NCBI RefSeq assembly: GCF_001194135.2
Contig: NC_068981.1
Span: forward strand, 76,746,160-76,810,159
Source of the DNA: Octopus bimaculoides
Lineage: Eukaryota
Direction: 5' to 3'
DNA: 64,000 nt
Part shown: positions 1 through 13,676 of the stretch, one piece after another
Layout: every line of letters begins with the position of its first letter
How positions within the stretch are numbered: position 1 is the stretch's first letter
The notes under the pieces: model-generated
The model's database searches: none
What the model was told of the DNA's origin: nothing
Seen by the model: the letters and a program-made list of their open reading frames with translations, nothing else
Made by a program: the position numbers and the translations under genes

Positions 1-464
1 TATATATATATATATATATATGTATGTATGCATATAAACCACACTTTTCGTTGTCCAAACACCACCAAAGCATATTATTTTTATTTCCTTTCTTTTTCAC
101 TTCTGTTCAGCTACATATCTACTTGTATATCTATTCAAGTATCTCTTTATCTGCATATCTGTTGACATATCTCTAGAATCACGTATCTATCTATCTATCT
201 TCCTTTTTATCTAGCTAGCTCGGTAACTCGCTAGCTAAGCAACTATCATTTTTGAATGGCTACAACTTCTGATCAGGAAAATGTAAATGATTGAAGTGTA
301 ACATCAACAGCCCTTTGTAACTAGAGTTACTTCACTTTGATTTAACTGTCTCTCGATATATCTTTGAATACACAAATACAGAATAATAGACCTTCTCCTC
401 CTCTCCCGCTCTCTTAGTCTCCCGTTATACACCTTCTCTCTCTCTCTCTCCCTGAAGTCTGTTA

Positions 465-616
465 TTTTTTTACTTGTTCCATGCTGGAACACCGACTTTA
501 GTCGGCCTGAGGCTATAGTAGAAGACAAAGGCCCAAGGTGCCACGCAGTGGAGCTGAACTCAGAACCATGTCGTTGGTAAACAAGCTTCTTACCACACAG
601 CCACGCCTGCGCCTAT
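465..616 (-). mobile_element. tRNA-derived SINE family A, internally deleted copy
   Basis: The minus strand gives the tRNA-like head (aggcgcaggcgtggctgtgtggtaag...ggttctgagttcagctcc). It is joined directly to the tail segment catgctggaacaccg, compared with the full copy at 11441-11850. Confidence 0.85.
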
Positions 617-817
617 ATATACAATGGATTTTTATCGATGAGTTCATGAACCTTGGTTCTCTTCCCTAAAACTATATANNNNNNNNNNNNNNNNNNNNNN
701 NNNNNNNNNNNNNNNNNNNNNNNNNNNNNNNNNNNNNNNNNNNNNNNNNNNNNNNNNNNNNNNNNNNNNNNNNNNNNNNNNNNATATATATATATATATA
801 TGAATGTATGTACGTTC

Positions 818-854
<37 letters not shown>

Positions 855-1189
855 AAGATGGAGAGAAAAGAGTTCTCCATTCGAGTTATTACCTCCCTTG
901 GCGTAAGCGTAAGACATGAACGAGACAAACAGTAACGCTGGAAGGCATAGAATAATATTATAGATCCATTTTTGGGGACATTGGATCTTATGTCAACAAT
1001 ATTAACGTTTGTTACGTTCAGCTACACATAAATAATTAACATGAAACTGAAGGTTCACTCAATGAATTGAGTGTTAATTAACTTTTACAAAGAAAATATT
1101 GTTAGGAACTTCGAAATTGCTGGTTACCACTTGTCATTAGGTTGTTAGATTATAGGAATCAGAGTCAACCGACGTGTAGTGAGTCGCCT

Positions 1190-1445
1190 GTCTCTTGACA
1201 TTTCCGCTCCACTCACTATTCCACATAATACCTCCCTCTCTTCGTCCTGGATGCTATACGTGTATCTACCACAACTATACTCCCGAACCCACATACGTAC
1301 TTCCTGTCACACCTACACTGTTTAATATACACACACGCCCACACCTGCTAAACCCACACCGTTACATCTCGTACATATACACACAAAACGTTTCTTTCAA
1401 TATCTTCTTCCTTTGCACCACCAAGGACACTAGTATGTCCACACA
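1190..1445 (+). mobile_element. Highly decayed Penelope-like RT remnant
   Basis: QNVSFNIFFLCTTKDTSMST (1384-1443) resembles the PLE RT motif N-x-F-x-FNG-x-x-Y-x-Q-x-x-G-x-x-MGT. An upstream frame gives TIPHNPSL..FVLDA. Confidence 0.4.
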
Positions 1446-1959
1446 CACACTCACACGCATACATCATCTAGAGGGCACATACATACCCACACATGTATTC
1501 TTTGTGAATATTTACATACGCACATGCATACGTATCGCCATTCTTCCGTCATCTTTCCTCCATGACACATACATAAACACTTAGACAGAGGCACATACAC
1601 ACAGAAACACACAAACGTAGAGTATCCTTCTTATTCCACTCTTATTACTCCGCTTTTTCTTTGCTCTTCACTTTCCTCTTACTCTTCCCCACGTGAGTGT
1701 ACTTTTTTTTGCCACACCACACGATCCAGCTGCAGAATTCTCCGATTTCCTCCCCCCGTGCATAATCTCTCACAAGTTTTGACTGACTTACTCTCCTTCC
1801 ACTCTTGGGACTCTTTCAAAACGTGTAAAGACGTTTGGAAAACACTTTTATTCATTTTTCTCTCTACTTTTACGAGACTTCCGCAAACGCTTTCACCGTT
1901 TGCTTTACACCTGTTATGTAAACTTTTAACCATGTACATACATACTTATATATATAATA

Positions 1960-2215
1960 CAAAATGGAACAAGAACGCGAAACATCCAGACAGTTAGGTG
2001 AAACAAGAAAGAGACAACAAAATATCCAGATAGACGATACAAAGAAAACAAGGACAGGTAATTGGGAGTTTTCTTTCCTCAATCGAGATCCAGATTATCT
2101 TTGAAATTTCGGCTGGTTATTCTCGATATTGCTCCAATCTGGCCTGCCCCAAGGAAAAACTAATCTAAGAGCATTAGATTCCTTGAAAGAAAGCAGCGAA
2201 TGTATAGAAAAACAA
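1960..2215 (-). repeat. Dispersed repeat shared with 46370-46610, possibly a PLE terminal region
   Basis: Shared blocks include tttcggctggtta/tttcggcctgtta and ctaagagcatta/ctaagggcatta. The minus strand has a decayed hammerhead-like arrangement. Confidence 0.55.
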
Positions 2216-3493
2216 GGAAATATATATGCATATATATATTAAAAAAAAAAAAAAAANNNNNNNNNNNNNNNNNNNNNNNNNNNNNNNNNNNNNNNNNNNN
2301 NNNNNNNNNNNNNNNNNNNNNNNNNNNNNNNNNNNNNNNNNNNNNNNNNNNNNNNNNNNNNNNNNNNNNNNNNNNNNNNNNNNNNNNNNNNNNNNNNNNN
2401 NNNNNNNNNNNNNNNNNNNNNNNNNNNNNNNNNNNNNNNNNNNNNNNNNNNNNNNNNNNNNNNNNNNNNNNNNNNNNNNNNNNNNNNNNNNNNNNNNNNN
2501 NNNNNNNNNNNNNNNNNNNNNNNNNNNNNNNNNNNNNNNNNNNNNNNNNNNNNNNNNNNNNNNNNNNNNNNNNNNNNNNNNNNNNNNNNNNNNNNNNNNN
2601 NNNNNNNNNNNNNNNNNNNNNNNNNNNNNNNNNNNNNNNNACACACACACACACATCTTTCTGTCTTGTTCCTTCTCTTTTTTTCATCCATTTTAACCAT
2701 TTTGTTATGGTCTTTTATAATTTTTTTTTATTCTCTTCAATTTTTTTTCTCCTTTCGTTTATATACTTGATGCTTTACATTGCAGAAAGTGCACATGCAT
2801 CTCTCGCTTTCAAGTTGCCCCCCCCCCCACGGAACCCACTAATTTTATTTTCTCATACAATCACATTTATTTTCTTTTATTTTATTTTTGTCCTAGAGTT
2901 ATATTGTTTTTCCTTTTTTCTTCATCTCATGCTTCCATGTTTCATTTCTCTAAAAACAGCATCTCACAGCTATTCTACTGCACACAATTCTCTCACATCC
3001 TTCACATTTATTTTGCTTTTCCTTTGGCCTCACACTCGCACCCGTTACCAGACCACCTTCTCATTTCCATGCTTTCTCACACGCAATATGATGACACATT
3101 CACCCCAAACACCCATACCTCCACTAACCACACGTCAATACACTTCCAAACTAATGTAAGGCAATACAGACACACCCTACAAAAGCCACATGACCGCATC
3201 TGTCATTATTCCTGTACCAATAGATTCATATATACGTATATCCACACCATTCCTCCACCACTTCATAATTCCTTATAGACCTGTATTCATTCATGGTTCC
3301 TGATCCCCTCACCTGTCTTTTAGCGTCAATATCTTTTTCTCTTTCTCTCTTCTCTACGTTTCATTTGATCAAGGGCCACCGTCCGAATCGTGAAGACTAC
3401 TGCTCTTTCCTTTCAAAGTTAAGCTAATACAACATTTCCTACAACTTGTCTCTCATAAGTTGTCGTCTTCTCTTTTGCGCTCGTTGCTTTTTT

Positions 3494-3697
3494 GCGAGCT
3501 GGCAGAAACGTTTGCACGCTGGGTGAAATGCTTAGCAGTATTTCGTCTGTCTTTATGTTCTGAGTCCAAATTCTGCCCAGGTCAACTTTGCTTTTCATCC
3601 TTTCGGGGTCGATAAATTAAGTAGCAATTGCGTACTGGGGTCGATCTAATCGACTGGCCTCCTCCCCCAAAATGTGTGCCTCAAGTAGAAAAGAATA
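3494..3697 (+). mobile_element. tRNA-derived SINE family C
   Basis: Head gcgagctggcagaaacg, B-box-like gttctgagtccaaattc, body catcctttcggggtcgataaattaagta...ggggtcgatctaatcgact. Homologous to the copies at 25.4, 27.2 and 28.3 kb. Confidence 0.85.
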
Positions 3698-3750
3698 TAT
3701 ACGCGCACACACACACAAACGTATCTATCTATCTATCTATCTATCTATCT

Positions 3751-3817
<67 letters not shown>

Positions 3818-4224
3818 NNNNNNNNNNNNNNNNNNNNNNNNNNNNNNNNNNNNNNNNNNNNNNNNNNNNNNNNNNNNNNNNNNNNNNNNNNNNNNNNNNN
3901 NNNNNNNNNNNNNNNNNNNNNNNNNNNNNNNNNNNNNNNNNNNNNNNNNNNNNNNNNNNNNNNNNNNNNNNNNNNNNNNNNNNNNNNNNNNNNNNNNNNN
4001 NNNNNNNNNNNNNNNNNNNNNNNNNNNNNNNNNNNNNNNNNNNNNNNNNNNNNNNNNNNNNNNNNNNNNNNNNNNNNNNNNNNNNNNNNNNNNNNNNNNN
4101 NNNNNNNNNNNNNNNNNNNNNNNNNNNNNNNNNNNNNNNNNNNNNNNNNNNNNNNNNNNNNNNNNNNNNNNNNNNNNNNNNNNNNNNNNNNNNNNNNNNN
4201 NNNNNNNNNNNNNNNNNNNNNNNN

Positions 4225-4255
<31 letters not shown>

Positions 4256-4699
4256 CATACATGCATACATATATATATGTAATGTTATAATAACAACCAC
4301 AAGTCTTGTTATTTACAGCGCTACCCAGGGTTTCATGGCCGAAACATTTACTTTGACGTTAGTCGAACAGAGAAAGAGAGGGTTTGACAGTTTCTTTGAA
4401 GCAGATGGTGTTTAAACCAAGGAACGTTCATAAGGAAGAAGACAAAACGTAAATAACACAGGAGAGATAATACACGTTGCACCAATTAATCTTGAAAAAA
4501 CATAAACATACATATTTACGCTGTGTCCGATGTTTGAAATTCGGCCAAGATGTATTTCATAATGTCGTGTATCGAATTCCTAATGAATATATAACAAATG
4601 ATGTATATTTGTTTAAATTATTAGAAACCGCCAGTCACATGGTATGTATGAGTTTTATGTGAACTCGTCCATTTTGTTTTCTGATATATATTGCGATTA

Positions 4700-5695
4700 A
4701 AATAAACGGGAACGCACACAATTGATTCCCTCGCTGGCGTTTTGTAAGTTAATTTTTCTGAACCTTGCTTGTTGAATTTACTGCTGGACTGTTTTACCGT
4801 TGAACTTTTCTTTGTTGTGTGTTGAACACAACGCCCTGTTTCTGCGTTTTAGCAGAATTGTTGGCGTTTCACCCTTGTTTGAAAGGCGAAGCTAAAATTT
4901 TTCGGTTTGTTTACAACAAAATTGAAAATGAGTAGTTCCTCGGAAGAGGAGATTGATGTATTTGTTCAAATTTTGGAAAGAAGGTTTTTGGACATGCCAG
5001 TTTTCGTAGAAAACCAAAAACGAAAATGCAATTCAACAGAAGATAACATGACGGGGAAAAAAAAAGAACAGTGATAAAAATGATAAGCAAGAAGGAAACG
5101 TTACTAAAACGGTTAATTTTGCGGCAGTTGCGTGAGTGCAAAAAAAAAAACTTACTAACCTAGTAAATTATAAAGGACTTCTTCAAAGAGAGGGGCTCGA
5201 AATAAGTAAACTCTCGCAGTGAAGTTACTTACGACACTACAAGGAAGACAATCATTTACCAAACGTTTATAATTAAGAACAAAAGACTGGATATGGCCTC
5301 AAAAGAGGCAGTTGAAAAATGCTTGCCTCCAATTTGGAAGGACATTGTTTACTTGGCCAGAGGAAAAAGATTTGTGGTTCGATACAGAGGTAAAAGCCAG
5401 GCAATACTCCACTGCCTCTTCGAAAACATCTGAGGTTGTTCTCCTGCCCTCATATGTCGGAAGACGTACTGCCAAGATAAGGGTGGGAGAAATACCGCCG
5501 GAGGTCGGTGTGGCCTGGCTAGTGGCTGCGATAGTTCTGGACTTGGAGGAAAAAATTCACCATCTTCCAAGCCACCAAATTTGATCAGCAAAACTGGCTA
5601 GGGCAGGGGCTGGAAATGATAATCCAATCTGTGCCTGCCGACCTCGAGGAGATCGTGGAAACGATTCAGGTGGAGAAAGACTCCAAACTTAGGGT
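4700..5695 (+). mobile_element. 5' UTR plus decayed ORF1 of a LINE (L1/Tx1-like)
   Basis: ATG at 4928 starts MSSSSEEEIDVF... Frameshifted continuation gives NFAAVA, CLPPIWKDIVYLARGKRF and LLPSYVGRRTAKIRVGEIPPEVGVAWLVAAI (RRM-like), then NWLGQGLEMIIQ. Several stops; ends at a (TG)n tract. Clade assignment is inference. Confidence 0.55.
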
Positions 5696-5720
5696 TTGTG
5701 TGTGAGTGCGTGTGTATGTA

Positions 5721-5766
<46 letters not shown>

Positions 5767-6949
5767 GTTTGTATGTATGGAAGCATGTGTTTCTATATAT
5801 ATATAGGACAATTTAGACTGGAAGTAGACATTAGTTTTAAGTTGAGTTCCCTGTTTTTGATTCTTAAATGTGACCAAAAACTTCATTATAATATATACTT
5901 GCTTTCAAAAGTTTTATGATTTGGTCAAAATGAGGCTGGTATTGAAAGATATAGAAGCTTACACTGTGAAAAACAAAATATACGGCGGTTGAGGACATAT
6001 TTACATATATGAAGGAAAATATAAACGGAAATTGCTGACAAAGATAATTGAGACAAAAGTGGAATGGTTAGCAATGAGGAGAAAACACATTTATACATGT
6101 CCCACTGCAAGTTGCATGCATAATACCGAATCTCTCCCACTCACACTTATGCATTTATGTATGTTCGTGTTATATTACAAAGCGATATAACACTAAGACT
6201 GTTGTGTTATGAATACATAAGTCACACTGGTTTATATTTTTCTTATTGTCATTGCTGTTTTGTATTTACTGCTCAAATGCATACGTGCTGCTGTTCTTTC
6301 TTTTGTTGTTTTCTTTGCTGCTGTTGTTGTTGTTGTCGTCGTCGCTACTGTCTCTCACGTCAGCCACGATCGAGTAGATATAGATCAAAACATTCCAAAC
6401 AAAACCATGTTTTGTTATAAGACCACGGCTTATTTTCCATGTCAATCACTTTTTTTTTAAAGTATGCTACATGAGGGAGACTCGCCTGCTATTTTTAGCA
6501 AGCTGAGTAACGACAAATACTTTACTTGGGTAATATTGATTATTTTTCTTTATACTGTCGTTTGATGTCATTAGTAGTAAGGTGTTTTTGTCTCGGTTTC
6601 ATATGCATACGCCATTTTTATTGGGTTGCTTTTACCTATATGTCATTCTATGTCTCATTTTATGCTGAGTAATAACTTCCGAATATTACTCACACTTGAC
6701 GTTGATCTGCATTTCAACCAATGTGTTTGCTCTTCTGTGATGACTTTTCATAGCTTCACCGGCGTTCCGACCATGACTATCTCCTGTGATTCTGGCATAA
6801 ATTATCAAGGCCTAACAACCTATTCCGTTATAGTGTTTTTATCAACGATTATTGAAACAACTCTTACAGCTAATTGTTATCATTATTCAGCGGACCATAT
6901 ACATAGAGAACTTCAAAGATTAGCTATAACTAAATACACCACATCATAT

Positions 6950-7170
6950 ATCTATGGAACTATTAACATTCATTACTACTAAATTCACAGTACCATATAA
7001 TGGAACTATAAAGATCCACTAAATCTAAATTCATTACACAATATATCGATTGATATGAAAAGAACCACATCAACTAACTTCAACACATCATGGCTCTATT
7101 GGAACTATAAAGATTCACTAGAAATATATTCATCACGCCATATTTCTATAGAACTATAAAGAGACATTAA
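6950..7170. repeat. Degenerate tandem repeat built on a tggaactataaagat motif
   Basis: The motif recurs four times, at about 6955, 7001, 7100 and 7150. Confidence 0.6.
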
Positions 7171-8387
7171 AACAAAGTTATCTCCAACCAAGAATTTCAC
7201 GAAACAGACATATCATTAGAGAAAAACTTGTTGGAAATAATCTTTAGTTCCACTCCGACAAAATAAGTACCGATAAAGATATAAATATATTTTTTAAAGA
7301 AAGAGACATGGTAAGGAATATACGAATAGCTTACTAGATCAAACTCTAATTATACGAGAGAGTACTGAAACGAGTAATTACTGAAAATAGTAAAAGGAAA
7401 TGAGACAATCCTCGCGCAGCAATGAAGGTCTATGTATATGGTTGCTTGACCTGTTACATATATCAGCCAAATTTTAATGTATCTGTAGTTTCCGCGAAAA
7501 AGGTACGTATGTTAAAACTGAAAAGCATTTGATCATAAATCTGCTCTGCAAGAGATGACTTAGAGAAAATCCCCACCACCACCACCACCGACAACATCAT
7601 CATTAACAACAGCCAACGATTTGCATCTAAGTGTAGTATATGGACCAAATCTACTATGGCTATAAAATAGATGAACACGTTATCGAAATGGGGATCAAAT
7701 AAAACACTCTATATATTATACGGACTCATAAATTTATTAATAATACATTTCAAAGACACAAAATCTAAAAATCTCCATATCAACAAAATGTATGTTGTTT
7801 TGCACTGCATTTTGCTGTTGATATAGGTTTCATTAGCGAACTTTTATTTCTTATGAACGATATTTCTACAAACTTCCAAAAAAGCTGCAGATGACGAACA
7901 TAATTTGCAGATCGATCTCTAAAGAAGAAAATTAGAAGCTTCTTGAATCTATTACATTTACATTGCGCATATAAATACCGCTCTTTCTTGTCAGCTGACC
8001 ATGTATTTGCAGCAAGGAGGCATTGCATCACATTGCACAAAACAAAAATACAAAGAAAAGTATTAGGTCATAATTACTGCTCTTTATTTATCTACGCACT
8101 GGTGCTGAAAATGAGAATCGATTGCTTGCCCTGACAATGATCTATAAAGGGATGATCAGCCGAAATGGAAGAGATACTTAACTAGAATTTATTTCAACAA
8201 TCACGAAATGATTAAAGGCAAAGACTAACTGGCTGAGACTTTTAATTCCGGATATAAATGACATTGCACAAGTATGCATGTTGTATCGAATATGTCAATC
8301 CACCTCTCTAGTTCATAACACAACCGTCTTATTTAGACTCTGCAATTCTCCCCACCAAGAGAAAAAATACATATTAGTAAACGAAAT

Positions 8388-8439
<52 letters not shown>

Positions 8440-8884
8440 CAAAATACTGCATAAAATTGGACACAGATAACGCACCCCAGCGACAAATTAAGAGCAGTAA
8501 TCACAAAGCCGCAGCTAAACTATTTCCTGATCTTGCGCTGGAACCTAACTGTATTTATAAGGTGAGAGAGGGCCAATCAGGTGAGATGTATGTTATGTTA
8601 AAACAATATGGTCCCTTAAATTTTTCCAATCAATGAATCTTCAGTACAAAAAATAAATGTAACAACAATTTCATATAGAATATACGACCCGGTCGTATAA
8701 GAATCATTAGTACAAACATGATCTTTTTTTTCTTCAGCACAAATACGGGATTCAAAATAAACTATCCTATATAAAAAATAACATTAATTGGTTGAGCAGA
8801 CACCTTTTTAATTAGAGTTGCATGAATGGAAAGCTATTCTTATACACATATATATGTATATATGTGTGTATGTATATACCCCCA

Positions 8885-8918
<34 letters not shown>

Positions 8919-8972
8919 CCTTTTGTTATTTACACCACCTGTCCTCGTCTGTTGTTATTATTTGTATATTCT

Positions 8973-9021
<49 letters not shown>

Positions 9022-9116
9022 CCCACACACACAAGCACACATACATACATACATACATACATACATACATACATACATACATACATACATACATACATAC
9101 ATACATACATACATAC

Positions 9117-9183
<67 letters not shown>

Positions 9184-9209
9184 CATTCACACACACGCGT
9201 ACACACACC

Positions 9210-9840
9210 TCAACATCATCCTCTGAAACGCATAGCATTTCTACGTCTTTCCCCGATACTAACCACGCTTTCCACCCCTTCATTTCCCTTCCCTTCTCTT
9301 TTGACCCCACCTGACAGTCATTCATCTATGACATCAAATCCCTATACACTAATCTCAGCCATGTAAGCCTACAATACTTTCATAGCTTACACTCTATCCT
9401 TCAGTCTAGCATCGCTACTGATCTCCGTTTAGGGCCTCCGTTTAGGGCCTCCGTTTAGGTTTTAAACTTTAGGTAAACTTGTCCACGCTTTAAACTGTTG
9501 GCTTGTGGAAGCTGTATCATCTCTCCCATGAAAAAGTCTATACCATCAGATTGGTCAATAGATTTCACTCCTTAATATTTACCGCATCTGTTTCTGATAT
9601 CAGAATTAGATTTTTCAATATATTTGTCATCATCAGTCACTACTACATAACCATCTTCTATAACCCCACTGACTCCTAGCCCCAAGTCAAATTCAATATT
9701 CGCTATCCAATCTTACGAAATTACCTATACCTTACAACCAATTACTCCGCCTTCATCATCTCTGTACACGGGATCATGATTTTTACACACAAGCTCAATT
9801 CAGTTTCGAACATTTCATTCAACGGAAATACTTTTCACCT
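9210..9840 (+). mobile_element. Decayed Penelope-like RT remnant split by an insertion
   Basis: DTNHAF...FIYDIKSLYTNLSH (DIKSLYTN at 9330-9353) matches the PLE motif DVxSLYTNIPH. NISFNGNTF occurs at 9809-9835. Confidence 0.55.
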
Positions 9841-10138
9841 TAATCCAAGCCGACCCATTTTCGCTCGTGAAATTAATTACATCCCTTCATCTCACCCATT
9901 TCTCTGCTATCATTTCTGCTCGCACGTATACATACGACATAAATGCACTTCACAGCGTTACTCACGTCCTCACCTTACTCCTACAGCACAGTGATAAAAC
10001 AGTAATAAAAGCACAAATACTCGGCTTTAATCTAATGAAAAACGTACACATCCACGACGCTCACTCCAACGCTACGACAACCAATCAGCCAGATCGCAGC
10101 TACCGCTCATACATGTCACAAAAACACTTGCGAATATG

Positions 10139-10312
10139 TTTGACAACCGATATTATTGTGCTTACGTTCCCATAAATTAGCGGTTTGACAAAAGACACCG
10201 ATAGAATAAGTACTAGGCTAACAAAGAATAAAGCACGTGGTCGATTTGTTCCGCTAAAGGCAGTGCTCCAGCATGGCCGCAGGCAGTCACATGACTGAAA
10301 CAAGTAAAAAAA
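10139..10312 (+). mobile_element. SINE family A, 3' half
   Basis: ttgacaaccgat...accgatagaataagtactaggct...gtgctccagcatggccgcag...gactgaaacaagtaaaa. Confidence 0.85.
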
Positions 10313-10359
10313 AACTATGCCATTATAATCCCTGCTAGTTATTATACATGCACATTTAT

Positions 10360-10398
<39 letters not shown>

Positions 10399-10572
10399 NN
10401 NNNNNNNNNNNNNNNNNNNNNNNNNNNNNNNNNNNNNNNNNNNNNNNNNNNNNNNNNNNNNNNNNNNNNNNNNNNNNNNNNNNNNNNNNNNNNNNNNNNN
10501 NNNNNNNNNNNNNNNNNNNNNNNNNNNNNNNNNNNNNNNNNNNNNNNNNNNNNNNNNNNNNNNNNNNNNTAT

Positions 10573-10612
<40 letters not shown>

Positions 10613-11440
10613 CATACAAACATACAAATATATACATACATGCCCCTACGTGTGTGTGTGTTTGTGTGCGTGTGTGTGTGAGCCTGTGTATGTGTGTGTT
10701 CACGCGCACGCTTTTCTTTATTCGCGTCAGTATTAACTCTGAATTTAACATACACATACAAAAAAAGACATAGATCGCAAATAACACATATACATACACA
10801 CACACATATTCATGCACACACATATTCATACACACACGTACATGTTCACATATCTAGCACTGAATATAGCATGGCCATACATTCATATATTCTAGCTCTT
10901 AAGAACTGGGTTTACTCCGTACCGAGTTAAAAAAAACAGCGCCTTCAGAAGTTAATGATTTTTATGCAGTTACTTTCCTTGTTGCTATTATACCAATGGA
11001 AACACATTTCTCGTTGAAGATTTCCTGTTATGCTACCTTCGTCATTTTCATAATTCTTTAACATATAGTAAGAGAGTACTTAGCTATTGTTACTCCTATC
11101 TCCTTTCCTTCCCCTAGAATTTTTCATTGTATCACTTTGATGAAGGATTTAAGCAGGAAACACCAAAAACATTTTTTTATTTTCTCTATCTTTAAGTGAT
11201 CATTAAACTTAGTTTCACTTAGTTTTCTGTGTAGTTATTTTCATTGTACATTTGAGCCTACATACAAGAGATGCACACACGTACACACACACACACATAA
11301 AGAAAGACATGAATGTAAAACGTTGGAATTTGGCGGGCAAGACATAGGTTTGGAAGAAATCTAAATGCAATTTTGAGTGAAAAATTCAGACCTATGATTC
11401 AGGTAGAAACTACCATCCCACTCACACATACGCACATATA

Positions 11441-11850
11441 CTCTTTACTCTCTTTTTTACTTGCTTCAGTCAATTTGACTTCGGCCATGCTGGAGCACCG
11501 CCTTTAGTCGAGAAAATCGACCCCAGGACTTATTCTTTGGATGACTAGTACCTATTCTATCGGTCTCTTTTGCCGAACCGCTATGTTACGGGCACGTAAA
11601 CACACCACCATCGGTTGTCAAGCGATGGTGGGGGGACAAATACAGACACACAAACACACATGCATATATATATATATATATATATACGACGGGCTTCTTT
11701 CAGTTTCCGTCTACCAAATCCACTCACAAGGCTTTGGTCGGCCAGAGGCTATAGTAGAAGACACTTGCCCAAGGTGCCACGCGGTGGGACTGAACCCGGA
11801 ACCATGTGGTTGATAAGCAACCTACTTACCACACAGCCACTCCTGCGCTT
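11441..11850 (-). mobile_element. SINE family A, full length (~410 bp, with a central TA/CA microsatellite)
   Basis: tRNA-like head with A box (gtggctgtgtggtaag) and B box (ggttccgggttcagtccc), a body, a central microsatellite, and a tail ending in aagtaaaaaagagagtaaagag. Confidence 0.92.
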
Positions 11851-12069
11851 ACATATATATGTATATATGTACATACATTCATACATGTATATGAATGTAG
11901 CTGATAAGGGTGTACGAATGTGTTTCTCTATACTCGCGCCCACAAATGTTTAGGAGAAAAACAATGGCATTCTAAATAAAACGGTGAATATTGTCTCGGA
12001 TACTAATACAGACAGGAAACATAATTTCATATTAGTGGTGATCATGATTATGATGATGTTGAATATTAT

Positions 12070-12332
12070 GTTGTTGTTGGCGTTGTTGTTGTTGGTGGTG
12101 GTGGTGTTGGTGGTGGTGGGGTTGGGGTGGTATGTGGAGGAGGTGGTCGTGGTAGTCGTCGTCGTCGTCGTGGTTGTAATAATCGTTGTGGTCGTGGTCG
12201 TGAGAAAAAGAAGAAGAAAGAAAGAAAGAAAGAAAGAACGAAAGATAGTAAGAAAGAAAGAAAGGAAGAAAGAACGAAAGAAAGAAAGAAAGACAGAAAG
12301 AAAGAAGGAAGGAAAGAAAGAAAGAAAGAACT
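12070..12332. repeat. Compound (GTT/GTG/GTC)n and (GAAA)n microsatellite
   Basis: Direct reading. It explains the poly-V, poly-K and poly-P ORF artefacts. Confidence 0.95.
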
Positions 12333-12934
12333 GACCGACAAAGATGAGGATGAAAAAAGATTAATAGAAAGGGAAATAAAGAAGATTATGCAAGTGTTGG
12401 TGAATTAATAAAAGAAAGGAAGCGAAGTGCAAAACCTAAAGAATTATATAAAAAAAAAGATCATCGAAAGGTTGTAGGTGGAGACAGAAACAAAGAATAT
12501 AGTGTGACAAAAATGTGTTAAAAAGAGAAGATATGATAGAAAGAGTGAAATGAAAGACAGACATATCAAGTAATATAGGAAGAAAGCAAAATAGAAATAA
12601 AATAGAAAGAAAATTGTAGGAAATATAAAGGCAAGAAAGTGTATGAGACTTAATGAAAAATAAATTAAATATAATAAAAATGCCAGAATAATACATCGGA
12701 TGCTGGAAAAAATATGTCTGGAGAAAATAATATCTATCGGTTTATAGAACAGAGGAGAGAAAGAGGGAATGGCAGAGGAGAGGGGGCGAGAGAAAGGTGT
12801 GAGGGAAGATGAAAAGACGTGAGAAGGGAACATTCAAGAACGTAAAGATACATGGAAGCAAGTAGTCACCTGAGAGGAATCTCTTTCACTGACACTAAGA
12901 CATGTTTTGTAGGAGGGTACAGTTGATTAAATAA

Positions 12935-13085
12935 ATTCCAGTAGTTGACTGGTACGTATTTTATCGACCACAGAGGAACCATAAATAGAGATGACTCCGA
13001 TGAGAATTGATCTCACAACGTAAGTGAGCGTTTACTAAATGCTACAAAACAATTTTTCCGGCGCTCTACCGAGTCGGCCCACCAG
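12935..13085 (-). mobile_element. Old SINE family C copy
   Basis: gactggtacgtattttatcgacc is the reverse complement of the family C core ggtcgataaaataagtaccagt. Confidence 0.55.
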
Positions 13086-13598
13086 TGAATTAAACCGGCC
13101 AATTATACAAATAGCCATAAAATTATATAGCATTGTACTATTGTAATAAAGCGTAGCTGTTAATTGTGATTTCATCAGTGAAGCATAGGATTAATTAGGA
13201 AGTCTCTATGATGCCTGTCGACCAGCTAAGTTTAACTGTGATATCCATCAAATCATACTCTGCTTTCTTAAAGAATAGATGGAAACACTAAACAAAGCAA
13301 TCTTAGGAACGCCCTAACGATAAAGACACTGCGCATAGCCTCGTTCAGGGTTCAACTGGAGATAAATAACACAGAATTTGTTAATATTTATATGAAGCTT
13401 CAAGAAGGAAGTTCCAGAGTGGGAGGAATAAAAGAGCTGGAAAATAACTTTCAGTAATTAAATATATTTCTTACTTTCTCTTGAATTGAAATCCCGACTG
13501 GCCTTACATTTTGTCTCTCTCTTTATCTCTCTCTTTTTCTATCTCTCCCCCTCTCTCTATCTCTCTCTCTCTCTCTCTCTCTCATTCTCTCTCTCTCT

Positions 13599-13676
<78 letters not shown>

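Noticed and set aside
2900-3280. Possible PLE RT relic (QYDDTF, HTLQKPHDR)
   Set aside because: The similarity is marginal in C/A-rich low-complexity DNA.
9429-9460. TTAGGG as an interstitial telomere
   Set aside because: Only isolated hexamers within a 13-bp unit, not a tandem (TTAGGG)n array.
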